Shown: piece after piece, positions 52,967 to 56,146 of the stretch
Layout of the letters: every line of letters starts with the position of its first letter
How positions within the stretch are numbered: position 1 is the first letter of the stretch
Source: Firmicutes bacterium UBA5324
GTDB lineage: Bacteria; Bacillota; Negativicutes; UBA11029
Assembly (NCBI GenBank): GCA_002411145.1
Contig: DHRA01000025.1
Coordinates: 1 to 56,146 of the forward strand
DNA length: 56,146 bases
Direction of reading: 5' to 3'
The notes under the pieces: model-generated
Seen by the model: the letters and a program-made list of their open reading frames with translations, nothing else
Told to the model about the DNA's origin: nothing
Database searches by the model: none
Made by a program: the position numbers and the translations under genes

Positions 52967-53701
52967 ATGCTTCGTTATTTCACGCCCTTTGTGAATAAAC
53001 TAAAAGTCCGGTGGCCGGCGGTATGGGCCCGGCTGCCGGGTATAGGCGACACGGTACGGACTTCTCTGGTATACGCGGCGGTAACCGCCCTCTTCGTGGT
53101 GTTATCATCCAGTCTGTTGTTATATCAAAGCTGGCGGCAATATGGCAGCCTCCGCGGCGGGCCGCCCCAAGGGGCGGCGGTACAGGAAAAGTTGAGTACG
53201 GCCGTGGGGGGCGACGGGGCAATACAAGTTGCCGGCGGACAGACGGAAAATCCGGCACAGCCCGGGCAAAGGGCTGCGGAAGAACAGACAGCGGCCTTAA
53301 ATAATTTATGGGCCGCTGCGCGGTCGGAGGAAATGCAAAGGCCATTGCCGGGCAAAATCATCACGGCCTATGGCTGGCAGGAAAACACAATCCACAAAGA
53401 CTGGCGCTTTAATGCCGGCGTGGATGTTGAGCCGGAAAAAGGCGATGCGGTGAAGGCGGTAAAAAGCGGTAAAGTCAAGGAGGTGTCGGCCAATAGCCGG
53501 GGTACGCAGCTTAAAATAGATCATGGTGGCGGGACGGTGACAAGCTACGGGAATTTGGCCGATTGCCGCGTGCAGGACGGGCAGCTTGTAAAACAAGGAG
53601 CAATTATCGGCTCGCTGGGCAGGGATAACCGGGTATTGCATTTTGAAATTTGGCAAGACGGCCGGAGCCGGGATCCCGGTGAACTGTGGAACGGGGAATA
53701 G
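52967..53701 (+). CDS. spoIIQ: degenerate LytM/M23-domain membrane protein, SpoIIQ-like
   Basis: ATG at 52967 is 8 nt after GAGGTG. One TM helix. The M23 fold is present but the metal/catalytic His residues are replaced (FNAGVDV instead of HxGxD; VLHFEI instead of HLHFE). It sits between spoIID and spoIIID as in Bacillus. Confidence 0.6.
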   Translation: MLRYFTPFVNKLKVRWPAVWARLPGIGDTVRTSLVYAAVTALFVVLSSSLLLYQSWRQYGSLRGGPPQGAAVQEKLSTAVGGDGAIQVAGGQTENPAQPGQRAAEEQTAALNNLWAAARSEEMQRPLPGKIITAYGWQENTIHKDWRFNAGVDVEPEKGDAVKAVKSGKVKEVSANSRGTQLKIDHGGGTVTSYGNLADCRVQDGQLVKQGAIIGSLGRDNRVLHFEIWQDGRSRDPGELWNGE

Positions 53702-53711
53702 CGATAGGGAA

Positions 53712-53746
53712 AGGCAACCGGGTCCTGGGACCCGGTTGCCTATTTA
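53712..53746 (+). terminator. hairpin terminator
   Basis: ggcaaccgggt - loop - acccggttgcc with a weak T tract (tattt). Confidence 0.5.
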
Positions 53747-53837
53747 CTTCTGAAAGACGCGTGAATTGTCACGCATTTTTTTATTTTGTCCGCATATACA
53801 TTGTACCAGTCAAACAATGGGGAGGTAGGAGAAGTAA

Positions 53838-54107
53838 ATGAAAGACTACATACGGAAACGGGTGCTGGATATTGGTCAATATATATTGGAGAGCAAACAG
53901 ACGGTGCGGCAGACAGCGCAGATTTTCGGCGTAAGCAAAAGTACAGTTCATAAAGATGTTACGGAAAGACTGCCCACCATTAATAAACGACTGGCCGGTA
54001 AAGTAAAAGGCATCCTGGATTTGAACAAGTCTGAGCGGCACATTCGCGGGGGGGAAGCAACCAGAAGAAAATATAAGGAAAGTTGTGAAATGACCTCGGA
54101 TTTCTAG
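53838..54107 (+). CDS. spoIIID: sporulation transcriptional regulator SpoIIID
   Basis: 89 aa. Near-collinear with B. subtilis SpoIIID (KDYI..R...IG.YI.E.K.TVR..A..FGVSKSTVHKD.TERLP.IN..LA..VK.ILD..KS.RH.RGGEAT). Confidence 0.95.
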   Translation: MKDYIRKRVLDIGQYILESKQTVRQTAQIFGVSKSTVHKDVTERLPTINKRLAGKVKGILDLNKSERHIRGGEATRRKYKESCEMTSDF

Positions 54108-54315
54108 GACTAAAACAGGACCTAAAATAATCAAATTATGGAAAAAAAATAAAGGAATTTAGCGAAATAAATAGAAAATCTTATTTATTCTCTAAGGAAA
54201 AATTCTTTATTAAGGTGAATATTTTCCTTTTTTGATCATAATTAAGCAAAGATGACAACCTCTATATTACATAATTCTCTGAAAGAGATGCAGGAGAAAG
54301 GAGATCCGAGAGCGA

Positions 54316-55350
54316 ATGTTTGGCTTATCAATGGATATAGGAATTGATTTGGGAACAGCCAATGTCCTGGTCTACATAAAAGGGAAAGGCATTGTATTAA
54401 GAGAGCCTTCAGTGGTGGCAATCGACCGGGAAACAAACCAGGTGCTGGCAATTGGTGAGGAGGCGCGCCGGATGATTGGACGCACTCCGGGAAATATTGT
54501 CGCAATCCGGCCGCTGCGTGAAGGAGTTATCGCCGATTATAATGTTACGGAAAGTATGTTAAGGCATTTCGTACACAAAGTATGCGGAAAACGAACGTTC
54601 TTTAGACCCCGGATCATGATTTGCATACCTTCCGGGGTTACGACGGTGGAAAAGCGGGCAGTTATGGACGCGGCCACGCAGGCGGGCGCAAAGAGGACCT
54701 ATTTGATTGAAGAACCGCTTGCCGCCGCTTTGGGCGCCGGTTTAGTAATTTCCGAGGCCTGCGGGTCAATGATTGTGGACATAGGCGGCGGTACCAGCGA
54801 TATCGCGGTATTGTCCCTTGGGGGCATAGTTTTAAGTGAATCCCTGCGTGTTGGCGGAGACAAATTTGACGACGCGCTGGTCCGGTATATCAAAAAAGAG
54901 TACAATATCTTAATCGGCGAACGTACGGCGGAAGAGCTGAAGATAAATATCGCCACCGCCTATCCGCAAAGCCGTACCGATTCCATGGAAATCCGGGGCA
55001 GGGATCTGATCAGCGGGCTGCCGAAAACGGTGCGGGTTACTTCTGAAGAGGCTCGTGAAGCGCTCAGTGAAGTAATTACGGTGATTGTGGAAGGAGTCAA
55101 AACGGTGTTGGAAAGAACACCGCCTGAATTGGCTGCCGATATCATCGACCGGGGCATTGTAATGACCGGCGGGGGATCGCTTATTCACGGGCTGGACAAG
55201 CTGATCAGCCAGGAAACCGGCGTTCCGACCTACCTGGCGGATGATCCCCTGTCCTGCGTGGCGCTGGGCACAGGGAAAGCGCTTAACTCTTTGGAAGCTT
55301 TACAGGAAAGCATCCTTACGTTAAAAAAGACGGAAACAAGGGGAGGATAA
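54316..55350 (+). CDS. mbl: MreB-family rod-shape protein (Mbl by synteny)
   Basis: 344 aa. DIGIDLGTANVLVY, the actin-fold phosphate loops DIGGGTSD and VMTGGGSLI. It follows spoIIID as mbl does in Bacillus. Confidence 0.92.
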   Translation: MFGLSMDIGIDLGTANVLVYIKGKGIVLREPSVVAIDRETNQVLAIGEEARRMIGRTPGNIVAIRPLREGVIADYNVTESMLRHFVHKVCGKRTFFRPRIMICIPSGVTTVEKRAVMDAATQAGAKRTYLIEEPLAAALGAGLVISEACGSMIVDIGGGTSDIAVLSLGGIVLSESLRVGGDKFDDALVRYIKKEYNILIGERTAEELKINIATAYPQSRTDSMEIRGRDLISGLPKTVRVTSEEAREALSEVITVIVEGVKTVLERTPPELAADIIDRGIVMTGGGSLIHGLDKLISQETGVPTYLADDPLSCVALGTGKALNSLEALQESILTLKKTETRGG

Positions 55351-55353
55351 AGG

Positions 55354-56127
55354 ATGATCCGAGGGTTATATACTTCCGCTTCGGGTATGTTGGCCGGGAT
55401 AATGCATACGGATACGCTGACGAATAACCTTGCCAATGTAAACACGGCGGGCTATAAAAAAGATACGGCTGTTTCCCAGGAGTTTCGCGAGATGCTGATC
55501 TACCGCATCAACGATGGAGCATTGAGCGGCGCCCAATTTTCCTTGCCCGCGGGGGTGACGCCGATCGGGTACCTGGGAACGGGGGCGGCGGTGGACCAAA
55601 TCTACACCTCACACCTTCAGGGCAGCATGCGTAATACGGGAAACCCGCTGGATGTGGCAATCAGCGGTGAGGGCTTTTTTGCCGTCAACACGGCAAACGG
55701 GGTCCGCTATACCCGGAACGGGGCCTTTACCTTGAACGCCGACCAGGAACTGGTTACCTCTACCGGTGATAGAGTACTGGGTACCCGGGGACCGATTCGT
55801 CTGAACGGCACTAAAACCATGGTGGATGAAGCGGGCAATGTCTATAGTGACGGCGCATTGGTGGACAAACTGCGGATCGTCACCTTGGCCGATCAGGGCG
55901 TACTGGAAAAACAGGGCGACAGTTATTTTAGACCCGCGGGGCCGGTGCAGGAACTGCCGGCCAGAGGAATTGTCCAGCAAGGCTTCCTGGAGGGGGCCAA
56001 CGTAAACACGGTCAGTGAGATGGTGGATTTAATCAATGTATTCCGCTCTTATGAAGCCAACCAAAAGATGATCCAAACCCAGGACGAGACGCTGGGCAAG
56101 GCCGTTAATGAAGTGGGACGAGTATAA
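55354..56127 (+). CDS. flagellar basal-body rod protein (FlgF/FlgG family, FlhO-like)
   Basis: 257 aa. N-terminal MIRGLYTSASGM...LANVNTAGYKK and the C-terminal rod motif QGFLEGANVN...VDLINVFRSYEANQK. Confidence 0.9.
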   Translation: MIRGLYTSASGMLAGIMHTDTLTNNLANVNTAGYKKDTAVSQEFREMLIYRINDGALSGAQFSLPAGVTPIGYLGTGAAVDQIYTSHLQGSMRNTGNPLDVAISGEGFFAVNTANGVRYTRNGAFTLNADQELVTSTGDRVLGTRGPIRLNGTKTMVDEAGNVYSDGALVDKLRIVTLADQGVLEKQGDSYFRPAGPVQELPARGIVQQGFLEGANVNTVSEMVDLINVFRSYEANQKMIQTQDETLGKAVNEVGRV

Positions 56128-56146
56128 TAAATGATAGGGAATAGGG

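Noticed and set aside
52980-53364. Several 79-121-aa ORFs in other frames or strands within the spoIIQ-like gene
   Set aside because: They overlap a frame that has a TM helix plus a LytM domain. The alternatives are Pro/Arg/Ala-rich shadow products.

Overview
This 56-kb window looks like part of an endospore-forming Firmicute chromosome. Every gene I accept is on the + strand. Gene order closely follows the Bacillus subtilis argS-rpoE-pyrG-spo0F-tal-glpX-rpmE-prfA-prmC-ywlC(tsaC)-ywlD(mntP)-ywlE-rpiB-ywlG-glyA-upp-atpIBEFHAGDC-ywmB-murA-spoIID-spoIIQ-spoIIID-mbl-flagellar-rod block. Local additions are a 2-hydroxyacyl-CoA dehydratase cluster, sppA, a large secreted protein, two DUF2062 paralogues, a LysM-M23 peptidase, a radical SAM gene, dCMP deaminase and wecA/wecB-like genes. 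The main anomaly is a visibly AT-richer insertion of about 9.3 kb (about 24.7-34.0 kb), placed exactly between tsaC and mntP. It carries an MNT/HEPN toxin-antitoxin pair and a tightly coupled four-gene operon. That operon encodes a Toprim (JetD/MksG-like) protein, two unassignable proteins of 517 and 252 aa, and a 1451-aa SMC/MukB-like ATPase. I read this as a divergent Wadjet/condensin-like anti-plasmid system with permuted gene order (D-A-B-C instead of A-B-C-D) and atypical ATPase motifs. The island contains no integrase or transposase. The second notable signal is at least six families of intergenic hairpin repeats, each with a purine-rich 5' arm and a pyrimidine-rich 3' arm, all in the same orientation relative to transcription. 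They fill most operon junctions, are sometimes nested, and sometimes supply stop codons. I found no rRNA, tRNA or CRISPR array. All functional calls rest on reading motifs and synteny by eye; no database search was run.
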